Assembly (NCBI GenBank): GCA_951406725.2
Contig: OX597818.1
Coordinates: 110,794,001 to 110,858,000 of the forward strand
Length of the DNA stretch: 64,000 bases
Direction: 5' to 3'
Source of the DNA: Octopus vulgaris
Lineage: Eukaryota
Part shown: in pieces, positions 49,177 to 62,539 of the stretch
How positions within the stretch are numbered: position 1 is the first letter of the stretch
Layout of the letters: every line of letters starts with the position of its first letter
Program-made: the position numbers and the translations under genes
Notes under the pieces: model-generated
What the model saw: only the letters and a program-made list of their open reading frames with translations
The model's database searches: none
What the model was told of the DNA's origin: nothing

Positions 49177-52100
49177 TGTGCCGGTCTCTCCGCGTTCTGT
49201 GTCGGAATTCTACCTTCAGGGAAAATAAAATTTAAAAACTGTGAAACTTCTGTACTTGGGTTATGAGATGTGACTGACAAAAGTATAAAATAAAATTGAA
49301 GAGAAGCAGCAATAAAAACACAAAATCTGGAAATATCTTTTTCTTAATCTGTCCCTTGTAGATCGATGTTGAGTGTTCTTGTTTAGTAATTACCTCTGGC
49401 AAGGCTCACGTGTGGGCTACAAGGACTGCTCATGATCTGTAGCAACGATGACATCTGCTGTAGGTGAAGTTACTCGACACAACGGAGAAGTGTTACTCTG
49501 CAATGGCTGGAATTACGTGCTTCAACGGCCAGTGCCATTCATAGCGTCACAGGGCCTTCTCTTCCCAGGTATCAGCGGTGATGCCAGAGCTCTTCATATG
49601 TCTCTTCAGCACATCCCTGTATCGCATCTACGAGCCACCACGATTTCGATTAGAAGACTGGCTGTTACAACCACATATGCAGAAGGTCGACATGAGAGAT
49701 TGCTAGAGAATATGAAGTCTAATATTTGAAGCAACTTTTTTTAAGGGCTTTACTTAGATGACATTTATAGGCTGGGTATAGAATACGATTGTTTCTGCGA
49801 TATGTTTAGCGATTCCATGTATGCAATACTGGAAACGACTAAATTGCCAAGTTCCTTTAAATACCGTGAAAAATCAAAAGAAAAAATCACATGAAAACGG
49901 TAATAAATGACTGACATTGCATTGTTTTAATTAAAACAATGTAGTCTGGTCCTGTAATGTCTATATAAAACGCTGTCGTAGTGAACAGGCCAGGTATTGA
50001 CTGTTAATAAGCAATTTTTAAAATACATTTCATTCCTTCAACCATTATTATGATATTTTAAACGAAATAGGTCGTTTCTTTCCAATTTTAATTCAGTTCC
50101 CTGTCCTCATTGTTTCTGAGACTTCTTTTTATAGAAGTAGTGAAAGTCAAGTATGAGATCTTTCTGTGTCGCTCACCCAAATTTCTCTCCAAATTATACA
50201 TCCGACAGCAGCGTTTCTCAACCCTGCCACCTTTTTTAATCTGTGGACCCCTTTTATTCATAGTTTACTCAAATGGACCCTCATAAATATTCTGTTTAAA
50301 AAATCCTGTTATATTTTCATAATTAAATATTATTAGGAACTCCGCCGAGGTCGACTTTGCCTTTCATCTTTTCTGGGTCGATTAAATAAGTACCAGTTAC
50401 GCACTGGAGTCAATATAATCGATTTAATCCCTTTGTCCTTGTTTGTCTCCTCTATGTTAGCCCCCTGTGGACAATAAAGAAATAAATATTTCAAGGAATT
50501 GTATTTTTAAAAAATTGTTCAAATATTTGGCGCAGAAGCAATTTATGGTTCATAAATTTTAAGGAACAGAAAATCTTAAATGAATCCCCAAGGTTCTATA
50601 GCCTTTAAAAGGGTTGGGCACATTAAAATAATATAGTCCTGAATACACTATGCCTAAAAACAAACCAGGATGGCCACGGTTGGAATGACTATTTCATATG
50701 TCTACTCTATTAGGACTGATCAGGGATTTAATAAGTAGAGAGATTCAGTGTCTTGAAAAGAAATCAAGTCTAATTTATTTGAATCTTCATATTGTCAATT
50801 AAGCCATTATTTGTTCCAGATTTTTGTTTGTTTTGCTCTGCTCCCTAAACTTTTCTTGGACTTGTTTAGAGTCCATCCCTTTCCAGATCGGGAACTCTTT
50901 CAGAAATAAAGACAGCAGAATGAGAGAGGGAAAAAAAATGAGGCATGAACTTCAGCACAAGACTCGTACTTTACTTATTGGCCTCGGCGATATTTGAACT
51001 CAAAGTGCAAAGAATCAGAGCAATTTGCGCAAAAACAAAAAGAAGCAAACTTTCCGACGCGTTGACGACTTCGTCAATTGGACGCTTTTAAAGGAAGTGA
51101 GTTCTACTTTGGAAATCCAAAGTGTTCTGCTTATTTAAAGCAAAATATTAAATTAAAGCAATTGTTTCGTAATCATAAAGATTACTCGACTTAATTTAGG
51201 TAAAACAATTTATTTTCAATGGTAAATAAAAAAGAAAAGAAACTGCAAGTGGAAAGTAGGGATGGTTGACATCACGACGGACATTAAACGGTGTAAGGTG
51301 AGTATAGTCCCGCCATTAATCACATCGTGTTCAGTCGACGGTAAATTATAATTATATCTTAATTAGAACGGTACCCTTATTAATATTATTATTATTATTA
51401 TTGGGAACTACATGATAACCAAATTTTAAAAGTGTAACTATATACATTAGGGTTTGATTCTTTCTAATTTCTATAGTGTACTAAGTGTTTTCAGAGTGAA
51501 ATGAGCGACGAGTAGAGTTTTGAATGATGCAAACGATAACTGCCCCAGCATGGCCGCAGTCTAATGATTGAAACTAGTAAAAGATGAGAGAAAAAAAAAA
51601 AGGCTTTCCTTTTGGTAATGCATTAGGTTTATTTGGAAGACCAGAAAGCTACAACGAAATGCTTTGGATATTTCATAAACTGAAGTCGTTTTCGCGTAAC
51701 AACTGTTTAGGGCCATCTCTCCCAGCGATTCTCTTTCCTCATAATTTCCTCAATACTTCTTTCTAATTTAGGCACAAGGTCAGCAGTTTTCAAAGATCGT
51801 GGGGTTACTTGGTTGCATTGACCTCAGTATTCAACTGGTATTTTATTTTATCGACCTGCATTACGATGAAAGGCAAAGCTGGCCCCGGTGGGATTTAAAC
51901 TGAGAACCCAGTGTATCCCATTTGTCAAATAAAGGGTTGGGTTTGAAATTCCACCAGAACACCTGTTGGAAGCTGAAGAGCACATCAACCAAAACGTGAT
52001 AACAACGAACAAGATGAGGACACCTATCCGCCCATTGTAAATAATGTGCATAAATTTCTTGACACATTTCATAAATTTTTCAGGGATCCGTTTTCAAAAA

Positions 52101-52381
52101 CGTAGCTGGGGGTCTTCGTTGGGGAAAAATTTGTTCACATTAATTTTTTTTTTTTCTATTCAAAACGAAAAGGAGGTTCACAACTTCTCCATCGCTCAAA
52201 ACGTCTTTGATATTATCCTGATTGAGTTCATTCATTATTGAAAAAGGGAGAAAAACCGATGAAAAACGTTTCTACATGTAAGATTAACTTTTCTCAGAAG
52301 AAATGGAATGTGTTTATAAAAAATATTAATGGGCGCAAGCGTGACTGTGTGATAAGAAGCTTGCTTCCAGACCATATGGTT

Positions 52382-52422
<41 letters not shown>

Positions 52423-52472
52423 CCTCGTGTATACCGTTGGCGATTTTTTTCCTCTGTCTTCCCTTCTCCTAT

Positions 52473-52507
52473 GTTTCCGACGAAGAGCTCCTCTCGAAAC
52501 GTTAAAC
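52473..52507 (+). ncRNA. Minimal type I hammerhead ribozyme motif (U4C core variant)
   Basis: GTTT-CCGACGA-A-GAG[CTCCT]CTC-GAAAC-GTT-AAAC: stem I GTTT/AAAC, stem II GAG/CTC, palindromic AACGTT stem III. Confidence 0.6.
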
Positions 52508-52789
52508 CCTCCTTCTTTCCTGAGCGTCCAATAATACTTTATTTGTTCCACGTCCTTGCATTGTTGTGTTTTTTTTGTGCTTTCTTTTTTGGATTAACTA
52601 TATATATATATATATATATGGGGGGAGGGGCAATGAGAGTACTGCCTGACTAGCATCTGTGCCAGTGGTACATAATTTAATTTAATTCTGTGTATTTATG
52701 CAGATGAGGATTGCTCTGCATTTAAATTGATGTAATGGTTGCATTGTTCAATTGAATGGAGTCTCTTGAAATGATCGTATTATATTACC

Positions 52790-53161
52790 TCTTTTACTTG
52801 TTTCAGTCATTTGACTGCGGCCATGCTGGAGCACCGCTTTTAGTCGAGCAAATCGACCCCGGGACTTATTCTTTGTAAGCCCAGTACTTATTCTATCAGT
52901 CTCTTTTGCCGAACCGCTAAGTGATGGGGACGTAAACACACCAGCATCGGTTGTCAAGCAATGCTAGGGGGACAAACACACACATATATATATATACGAC
53001 AGGCTTCTTTCAGTTTCCGTCTACCAAACCACTCACAAGGCATTGGTCGGCCCGGGGCTATAGCAGAAGACACTTGCCCAAGATGCCACGCAGTGGGACT
53101 GAACCCGGAACCATGTGGTTGGTTAGCAAGCTACTTACCACACAGCCACTCCTGTGCCTAT
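52790..53161 (-). mobile_element. tRNA-derived SINE with CORE-like domain, internal microsatellite and CR1-type tail (full copy)
   Basis: Head with A-box-like TGGCTGTGTGG and B-box-like GGTTCAGTCC, then ..ttgggcaagtg.., (TA)n, and tail ggcggtgctccagcatggccgcagtcaaatgactgaaacaagtaaaag. Confidence 0.88.
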
Positions 53162-55179
53162 AGATATCCCGTTGCTTATTTTGATTTTAATCACCTTACT
53201 TTGAAACTGTATGAATAGTACTGTACTAAATTCTGGTGCCTCGACATACGTACCTAATTCATCTGAACATATATATACATGACAAACTTTCAGTTTCTAA
53301 CAAATCCTTGGTCAGCCTGGAGTTATATTGAAAGACACTTGCCCAAGTGCCTCATACAGTGAAGGTGAACTCAAGGTCACATGATTGGGTAGCAAGTTCC
53401 TTACCTCATAGCCATGATCTTATTAGGAGCAAGTTATATGAATGGTTAAAAGCTATGAATTTCTTATCTTTCTGGTTAATTTTTTTTAAAAAATAATGAT
53501 AAATAAAAAAATATATATTAGTGACAGAGGCAATATTAACACCAAGGGGTGTTATTTATCCCCACTTAAAAACGTGGATGTTCTGTTAAAACAAACTATT
53601 CTGCAATAGATAACATGAGAGAACCTCTCACATTGGCCTTTGATGCAAAAAGCACTCATGTTTTTATTGCTAAATAAAAAGAATTGCTGCAAATTTTATA
53701 AAAGATACGCATTTTTCAGAAAGCTAAAGAAAACAAAACTCTGGGAGGTTATGCTAAAGGATTGTACAAATATTTCATTAATGGGTCTGCAATGAGTTTC
53801 ATGACCTCAACACAACGAGGACAAAGTCTGGTGCAATGAATAAGAATTTTATTTGGTAATTATTGGTAGTTAATAATTATGCTTTGCTCACATTTATGAA
53901 AACAACTAGAATGTTACACATAGCTACTAACCCCACAACATTAGTTGACAGAAATTTGTACTCACTTTACTGCTGTGTACTCACTTTAAATCATCATCAT
54001 CCTCATCCTCATTGTTTAACATCTGCTTTCCATGCTGATATGGGTTGAACAGTTTGACTGAGGGCTGGCAAGCCGGAAAACTGCACCAGGCTACAATTCG
54101 AACTGGCAGTGTTTCTACAGCTGGATGCCCTTCCTAACGCCAACCACTCCAAGAGTGTAGTGGGTGCTTAAGTGGCACAGGGGCCAGTCAGGCAGTATTG
54201 GCATTGATCACACATGAATGGTGCTTTTTATGTGCCACTGGCATGGGAGCCAATAAGGTGACACTAGCAACGACGATGCTTGAATGGTGCTTTTTACGTG
54301 CTACCAGCATGGGAGTCAATCAGGCAGTACTGGTATTGATCACACTTGAATGGTACTTTTTATGTGCTACCGGCATGGGAGCCAGTCAGGCGGCACTGGT
54401 GACAAAAATACACTCAGCCTTATCTACTGTGGTTTTGTACTTATTTGTGTACTGGTTGATATAAATATCCGCTATCACAGAATCGATAACAGAGGCCACT
54501 GTGCAAATTTCAAGGAATCTGATGGGTTTGTTAGATTCTTCATATAGATATTTACAACTCATTTCAAGACTTCATCCCCATAACAGTATAAAAGCAGCAG
54601 TTTGGGCAGTTGCACCACTATTTCCTCCATGACTTCCTATCAAATTTATACACGTTCGACAAATTTTCCTGGTCCTTCATGGAATTTACAGTTGCATCCA
54701 GACATGCCAGTTTCATTGAATTTATGGTCCTCGCAGTGATGACAGTGTATATAAATAAACAGTGCATGCTCTAAGGCAGTTGACGTAAATATATGCTGAA
54801 CCATTGTCGTGCACTTATTGTTGATCTCAGCTGAGATGATTACCATCAGTGCAACTTCGTTGCCTGATAAAAGACTGTTGTTATATGGTTGACTACCCAT
54901 GTGTAACAAACGTCAAGCAAAATGAGACTGACATCAAATAAAGGAGATACAATTACTTTTGGAGAGGGAGTGCTAAGCAGTCATCATCATTATCATTGTT
55001 TAACGTCCGCTTTCCATGCTAGCATGGGTTGGACGATTTTGACTGAGGGCTGGCGAACCAGATGGCTGCACCAGGCTCCAATTTTGATTTGGCAGAGTTT
55101 CTACAGCTGGATGCCCTTCCTAATGCCAACCACTCCGAGAGTGCAGTGGGTGCTTTTTACGTGTCACTGGCACAAGATA

Positions 55180-56310
55180 AATGAAATTGAAACATTACTA
55201 CCAGTCCAAATATGCTTGATGCATGTTTGAACTGGGGGACAAGCTACTCACTGAATTTTGTCATATCTCACTTGTTGACAAATGGGGTGTCTACACCAAG
55301 ATCAGCTTGCAGCACCACCTAGCTAGACTGTGAGATGTTAACATTTCGGAGTAGTTATCTCCTCTTTGGTCACAGACACTAGGCAGACGGCACTGTGAGC
55401 TGAATCAAGAGATTACCTCTCTTATGCTTTCCCAGTCATTGTACAAGTGGCAGCGCTATACGATGGCTCACCATAAGTAAATTATGGAGGGAAAATGCTT
55501 AGCAGTGATAAGTAAAATCAGTCCGTATGTACTTGATGCATGTTCAAACTGGGGAACAAGCGACTCACTGCGTTTTGTCATGAGTAATATGTCTCAAATG
55601 AGACATATTACCCATGACAAAACACAGTGAGTCGCTTGTTCCCCAGTTGCCTGAAGGCGGCGAGCTGGCAGAAGCGTTAGCACGCCGGGCGGAATGCTTT
55701 GTGGTACTTCGTCTGCCGTTATGTTGTGAGTTCAAATTCCGCCGAGGTCGACTTTGGCTTTCATTCTTTCGGGGTCGATAAATTAAGTACCAGTTACGCA
55801 CTGGGGTCGATGTAATTAACTTAATACCTATGTCTGTCCTTGTTTGTCCCCTCTATGTTTAGCCCCTTGTGGGTAATAACGAAATAGGTAATATGTCTCA
55901 CTTGTTGACAAATTGTGTGTCTACACCGAGATCAGTTTGCAGCGCCACCTATCTAGACTGTGAGATGCTATCATTTCGGGGTAGTTACCTCCTCTTTGAT
56001 GACAGACACTAGGCAGACATAATTTACTTACGATGAGCTGCCATATAATGTTATCAGTCACTGTATGGTTTCTGGAAATGCACTAGAGAGTCAAGCTCTT
56101 CAATCAGCTCGTAGCATCGTCTACCTAGTATCTGTGACAAAAGAGGAGATAACTACTCCGAAATGCTAGGTAGGTGGCACTGCAAGCTGATCTAGGTGTA
56201 TACACACAATTTGTCAACAAACGGGATATATTCTCTGTGACAAAATGCAGTGAGTAGCTTGTCCCCCAGTTCAAAAGTATTTGGACTGGTAATAACATCG
56301 CAATTTAATC
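55180..56310. mobile_element. Foldback-like element with ~230-bp imperfect terminal inverted repeats
   Basis: 55180-55410 is the reverse complement of ~56095-56310, with an internal direct copy at 55530-55600 and 55890-56020. Confidence 0.65.
55653..55889 (+). mobile_element. tRNA-derived Meta-domain SINE
   Basis: B-box-like GAGTTCAAATTCC followed by gccgaggtcgactttg..tttcattctttcggggtcgataaattaagtaccag (Meta-domain-like); 13-bp flanking duplication. Confidence 0.85.
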
Positions 56311-56599
56311 TGAATTATGACTTTCTATGCATTTCAATGTTGTCCTTGCTGTTGTGACAATATAAAGCTCCCTGAAAGCTGTTGATGAATAAAATTGCAC
56401 AATTATTTTAAGATTAGTACCTCTGCTGGTGCCTCGTAAAAAGCATCCCGTACACTCTGTAAAGTGGTTGCTATTAGGAGGGGTATCTAGTCATGGAAAC
56501 CTTGCCAAAACAGACAATTGGAGCTTAGTGCAGCTCTCCAGGCTTGCCACTGCCTGTCAGACTGTCTTACTCATGCCAGCACGGAAAACACACTGTTAA

Positions 56600-56649
<50 letters not shown>

Positions 56650-56741
56650 GATGATGATGATGATGATGATGATGGTGATGGTGTTGGTGGTGATGGTGGT
56701 GGTGGTGGTGGTGGTGGTGATGGTGGTGGTGGTGGTGGTGA
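56600..56741. repeat. (GAT)n/(GGT)n trinucleotide repeat grown from an RTE tail
   Basis: Follows an RTE 3' end; directly visible. Confidence 0.9.
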
Positions 56742-57375
56742 TACAATCTGTTAAACGTTTGAAATAATTCTATAAAACTTTCATTTTTCTGTTTAGAAAT
56801 ACATTCATTATTGATAAAGTAAACCTTTTCTTTTCTTAAGATTCTAGAAATGATAAAAAAAACCCCACTAAATTTTAAAAGTGAATATGTAGCTGAGATG
56901 AAAATCTATGATTGCTGTAATAAAAAGCATTTCAGTGTTATTCATCATCATCATCATTGTTTAATGTCCACTTTCCATGCTGGCATGGATTGGATGGTTT
57001 GGCTGAGGTCTAGGAAGCCAGGAGGCTGCACCAGGCTCCAATCTGATCTGGCAAAGTTTCTACAGCTGGATGCCCTTCCTAACACCAACCACTCCGAGAG
57101 TGTAGTGGATGCTTTTTACGTGCCACCGGCACAGGAGCCGGTCAAGGGATACTGGCATTGGTTACGATTGGTTGGTGCTTTTTATGTGCCACCGGCATGG
57201 GAGCCAGTCAGGTGGACCTGGCATTGACCACGAACAGATGGTGCTTTTTATGTGCCACTGGCACAGGAGCCAGTCAGGTGGGCCTGGCAACGATCACCAA
57301 CCACCAAGCTTAGCCATCAAACAACTACTTGCCCTGTATTTAGACATCCATGGGAGCAGAATAGTAGAAATTTTC

Positions 57376-57790
57376 TGTGGCTGTGTGGTAAGTAGCTTGC
57401 TTACGAACCACATGGTTCCGGGTTCAGTCCCACTGCGTGGAACCATGGGCAAGTGTCTTCTAATATAGCCTCGGGCTGACCAAAGCCTTGTGAGTGGATT
57501 TGGTAGACGGAAACTGAAAGAAGCTTGTTGTATATATGTATATATATGTATATATGTATGTATGTGTGTGTATATGTTTGTGTGTCTGTGTTTGTCCCCC
57601 CAACAACGCTTGACAACCGATGCTGGTGTGTTTACATCCCCGTAACTTAGCGGTTCAGCAAAAGAGACCGATAGAATAAGTACTAGGCATACAAAGAATA
57701 AGTCCTGGGGTCGATTTGCTCGACTAAAGACAGTGCTCCAGCATGGCCACAGTCAAATGACTGAAATAAATAAAAGAGTTAAAAAGAGTA
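57376..57790 (+). mobile_element. tRNA/CORE-like SINE full copy (others at 60730-61085 +, 16545-16880 +; partial at 1385-1663, 4416-4572, 31230-31390, 33795-33958, 47984-48092)
   Basis: Same consensus on the plus strand. Confidence 0.88.
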
Positions 57791-57799
57791 TGTCATGAT

Positions 57800-59066
57800 G
57801 TAATGAAACATTACTTTTTTGTGTGGCAAGAACTTAGAAAATTCTAACAAAGAACCTACTTTTAAAGATATCAGTGACCATGTTGTTTCTCATTTAGAAA
57901 CTGTGTGGAAAAAAGCTTCAATTCCATCAGTAACTTATAAAAGTATAGTGGATATGCCGAAAAGTTATCATTTAAAATATTTAAAAAATGAAGAAATTAA
58001 TAGAAGTGAGAAAGAGTGAAAAGAACTTACAAAAACTGAAAGTGTCTCTGAATGAAGCTCAGATGAAAGTGCTTTGATGTAGGTGCTTGTAACGGTAAAG
58101 ATTTTCAGTTGTGCTGCTATTTTTGCCCTAATAAAGTACTGCTCGAGGAAAGAAAGTTTTTATTAGATCAAAGAACCACAAGGAAGATGCTTCTTGGTTC
58201 TGTTCATAGTAATTTGTGTGGTGTTTGTGCCAGGCTGTGTTGTAGGGCAGGACCGGAAGTGAGGGAGTACGCATGTCCTGTTGGAAGTGGGGCCTGTGGG
58301 TCCCACCAGAAGAGCCATGGGAGGCATGCGGGGGTTGGCGAGGCACAAGCGGCCAGTTGGCAGTGAACAGCGTATGAGAGCAGACTTGTTAGGTGGTACG
58401 GTGGCAGACAGAACATGTGGACATTGTGATCGACCCCTTCCACATAGATAAGGGATGGATTGGAACTGAGGGAGTACACATGTCCTGTTGGAAGTGGGAC
58501 ATGAGGGTCCCACTGGAAGGACCGTGGTGGGCATGCAGGGTCAGCAAGGCACAAGTGGCCAGTTGGCAGTGGACAGCGCATAAGAGCAGACCTGTTAGAT
58601 GGTACAGTGTCAGACAGAGCATGTGGATGTTGTGGGAGACACTTCCAGATAGACAGGTAAAACTACCGTAAGCCTCTCTCTGCTTCCATCTTTTCTTCCT
58701 TTACATCATAATTTGACAGCTAAATCAAGGAAAAAAACACAGAGAAAACTGCAGGATGTTGCGTTTGCAACCATTTGAACCCTTATTCTTGACTAGTAAG
58801 GAATGTAACAAAAATGAACTGGAATCAGTCAATGCAAGGCAATCATCTGTATCACCATGTCCTCCCACCACAGAAACTTCGACCAGTTTGAGCTCCTCAA
58901 AATATGTGCCTAGTTCCAGTTCTGTATGAAGAATAGATATTGAAGAGAAACAAAAAGTATCAGTCGAATGCCTGGTGGTAATGTCTGACAAAACAGGAGT
59001 ACCTGATAGAGCAGTTGCTTACTTTAGCTTCTGCTGTTTTAGAAGGAGCAGGACTCATGAAATTAG
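57800..59066 (+). mobile_element. Degraded DNA-transposase remnant (possibly hAT-related)
   Basis: HLETVWKKASIPSV, KVLLEERKFLLDQRTTRKMLLGSV and DKTGVPDRAVA..ASAVLE resemble the N-terminus of an invertebrate transposase family; interrupted by a ~210-bp duplicated insert. Superfamily uncertain. Confidence 0.45.
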
Positions 59067-59890
59067 GCAACTCATCATCATCATCATCATTGTTTAATGT
59101 CCACCTTCCATACTGGCATGGGTGGGACGGTTTGATAACAACCAGCCAGGCAGAAGCCTGCATGACACTTCTGTAACTGTTTTGGCAGGATTTTTATAGC
59201 TGGATGCCCTTCCTAACACCAACCACTCAGCAGAATGGACTTAGTGCTTTTTATGTGGCACAAGCACAGGCGAGGTTAGTTTTGACAAGGTTTTTACTGC
59301 TGGGTGCCCTTCTAAATGCCAACCACTTTATAGTGTGAACTGGGTGCATTTTAAGTGGCACCTGTTCAAGTATTTGCAAAAAAAAAAAATCTTTTGAGAG
59401 GGGAGGGGGCATTGGAGGAGGTGATCTTGTGTCGGATGATGAAAGGTTATAGCGAGACATAGAGAGAGAAACAAGTGTCTTACTGTAGAGGAGGTACAAG
59501 GTTACCTGGCTAGGGAGAGAGAGAAATCAGGAATGAAGACAGAAACAAGTGCACTGCCACAAAGGAAATAACATGGTTACCCAACCTGAAGGAAGTAAAA
59601 GAGGAGAGAGAGAGAGAGTAGGAGACAGCAGGATAGAGATGGTGGCAAAGTGCCAGGTATATGCAAAGATACAGGGCATGGGTGGAACACACAGGTGGGA
59701 AGCTAGCGCAGAGCAATGATACAGTGGCACAGGGGGAAGTGGACAGGACTGGGGAGTGGGAGGTAAGCATAGTGCATGAAGCAGAAATGTGAGGAAGAGA
59801 TGTAGAGACGTAGTTTGGTTTGTTGTGGTAGAGTGTGTGAGAAGTTTTCTTAAGTGTGGGTGAGATACACAATGCTTCTAGAACTCAGTT

Positions 59891-60200
59891 TCACTGATGT
59901 AGTCTTTTCAAGAACTCCATATCACCGACATCTTTGTCCATTGTCATTTCCTTTGTGAGGCCTAAAATCCTGAGATCAGTACTCACCACTTCATCCCACA
60001 TCTTCCTGGGTCTCCGTCTTCTGCAGGTACCATCCACATTCAGTGACTGACACTTCTTTATACAGCTGTCTTCATTCACATGCCTCACATGTCCAAACCA
60101 ACGTAGTCTTCTCTCTTGCAGGCTATATTTGATTCCTCTTATGCTCAACTTTTTTCTCAATACATTTGCATTTTGCTGCACATGTGCACTGATGTTGCAA
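59891..60200 (-). mobile_element. RTE LINE RT C-terminal fragment
   Basis: LQERRLRWFGHVRHVNEDSCIKKC...RRRRPRKMWDEVV. Confidence 0.8.
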
Positions 60201-62539
60201 TCCTTAGTTATTGACAGAAATGGAATTAGGAGAAGTAGGAAAAGAGTAAGATCAGACATTAGCCCCCCTCGAACATGGCTGATACTAGCCCCCTTGCCCC
60301 AACTGGCACCTATGCCGGTGGCTTGTTAAAAGCACCATCTGAACATGGCCGATTCCAGGGCCACCTTGACTTGCTCCCATGCCAGTGGCACGTAAATACA
60401 CCATTTGAATGTGGTCAATGCCAGCCTCCTCTGGCACTGTGCCAGTGGCATGTAAAAGGCACCCACTACACTCTCGGAGTGGTTGGCATTAGGAAGGGTG
60501 TACAGCTGTAGAAACACTACCAGATCAGATTGGAGCCTGGTGCAGCTTCCTGGCTTGCCAGTCCTCAGTCGAACTGTCCAACCCCTGCCAGCATGGAAAA
60601 TGGACGTTAAATGATGATGATGATGATCTACAAAATTTTGGAAAAATTGTTGTGTATCAGTATGTATCTGTACATAGATACAAAGTTTATTTTTTTTCAC
60701 ATTAAATTCCAATATAATTGTAACCAACACTGTGGCTGTGTGGTAAAAGGCTTGCTTCCCAACCGCTTGCTTCTGAGTTCAGTCCCACTACGGGGCACCT
60801 TGGGCAATTGTCTTCTACTATAGCCTTGGGCCAACAAAAGCCTTGTGAGTAGATTTGGTAGACGGAAACTGGTATTTGTGTGTCTGTGTTTGCCCCCCCC
60901 CCCCCATCACTTGACAACCGATCTTGGTGTGTTTACGTTCCCCGAAACTTAGTGGTTTGGCAAAAGAGACTGACAGACTAAGTACTAGGCTTACAAGGAA
61001 TAAGTCCTAGGGTCAATTTGTTCAACTAAAAGCAGTGCTCTAGCATGGCCACAGCCAAATGACTGAAACAAGTAAAAGAATAAGAGAATGTCTGAAAGGT
61101 GTTTGTTGAAAATTTCATTAAGAAAGAAAACATTTATTTTTCTGAAAGTTATGAGGAAACAAAGTTGATGGGTGGCAGCACACTTGTGTTGATATGTCAG
61201 AATCTTTCTAGTGTTGTATATATGTAGATATATTCCTGGTTCCATGTCTTTGTGAAGTAGCATTGAAGATGACTTAGGAAGAAGTTGACACTTTCCTTTA
61301 AGATGTCGTGGATAATATTTCCTGCTTTTCGGTATTTTGATGGTAGCACTGACTGCAGCAAAGGTTGCTGACTCAAGATTGATGATGATGATGTTTTAAT
61401 GTCCATTGTCCATGAGTTGGACAGTTTGACCAGGCTGGCAAGCTGGAAGGCTGCACCAGACTCCAGTCTGATTTAGCATGGCTTTTATGGCTGGATGCCC
61501 TCCCTAATGCTAACCACTCCGAGAGTGTAATGGGTGCTTTTTTGTGCCACCAGCACAGGTGCCATCTGCCTGACACTGGGTTCTTTTACATACTACTAGC
61601 ACAGGTGCCGATGATGATAATGAAGATGATGATGATGATGACGATGGCAACAATAATGGTTATTTCTCTCAGAATTATTCTGAATTGCAGGTATAGGAGC
61701 TGGTTTTCGTGACTGGTATTTCAGTAGGGATGTGCCAGCCAATGACTTGAATAGCACCATGGTAAATTCCAGGGGTCATAGAAGATCTCTATCACATCTA
61801 AGAATTTGTGTATGACACACCAGTCTGCAGACATCTGAATTTCTTGAGATTTTTGTAATCCATCTCACACAGGTGAAGGACTGCCCCAAGAAGCACACTC
61901 TGACCATTCCCCTGAAGCTTTGAGCAGGAATGTTTCAACTGTATCCAAGAGGAAAAAGAAACGAAACTTTATAAACATTCAGGCATGGCAATGTCCTCGT
62001 CCTTTGCTGGTATGGGTTGGACAATTCTGACAGGACCTGGCAAATCAGAAGACTGCACCAAACTCTACTGTCTGCTTTGACATGGCTTCCACACCTGGAT
62101 GCCCTTCCTAACACCAACCACCTTACAATGCTTTTATATGTCACCAACCGCAGTGATGTGATCGAGTGAAGGTCCTTCTAGTATTGAGGGAGGTGGCTTT
62201 GTGCCAGGTGATGAGAAGTGAAGGTATGAACAGAGGGACAGAAAAAGGCATCTTGCAGTGGACGAGATACACGGCTACCTCAGTTGAAGGGAGGTAAGAT
62301 GAAGATGTGGCAGATTGTGTGTGTGTGTGTGGGGGGGGCAAGGACATAAAGGTATCTCCTTTATGGTCTTGATTTTACTGCATGGATTTTTTTCATGCAT
62401 AGCAAATTCAAATTGTGTTGGTCTTTTGTTATCTGCTCTATGAAGTTTAACATCATGTTGATCATTTTACATCATGCCTTCCTCTTCCCTCCAGATTTAG
62501 AGATTAGCACTTCTTTATGCAGCTATCTTCATCCATACA

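Noticed and set aside
53085-53161. tRNA-like sequence with A/B boxes
   Set aside because: It is the SINE head, repeated many times, and does not form a proper cloverleaf.
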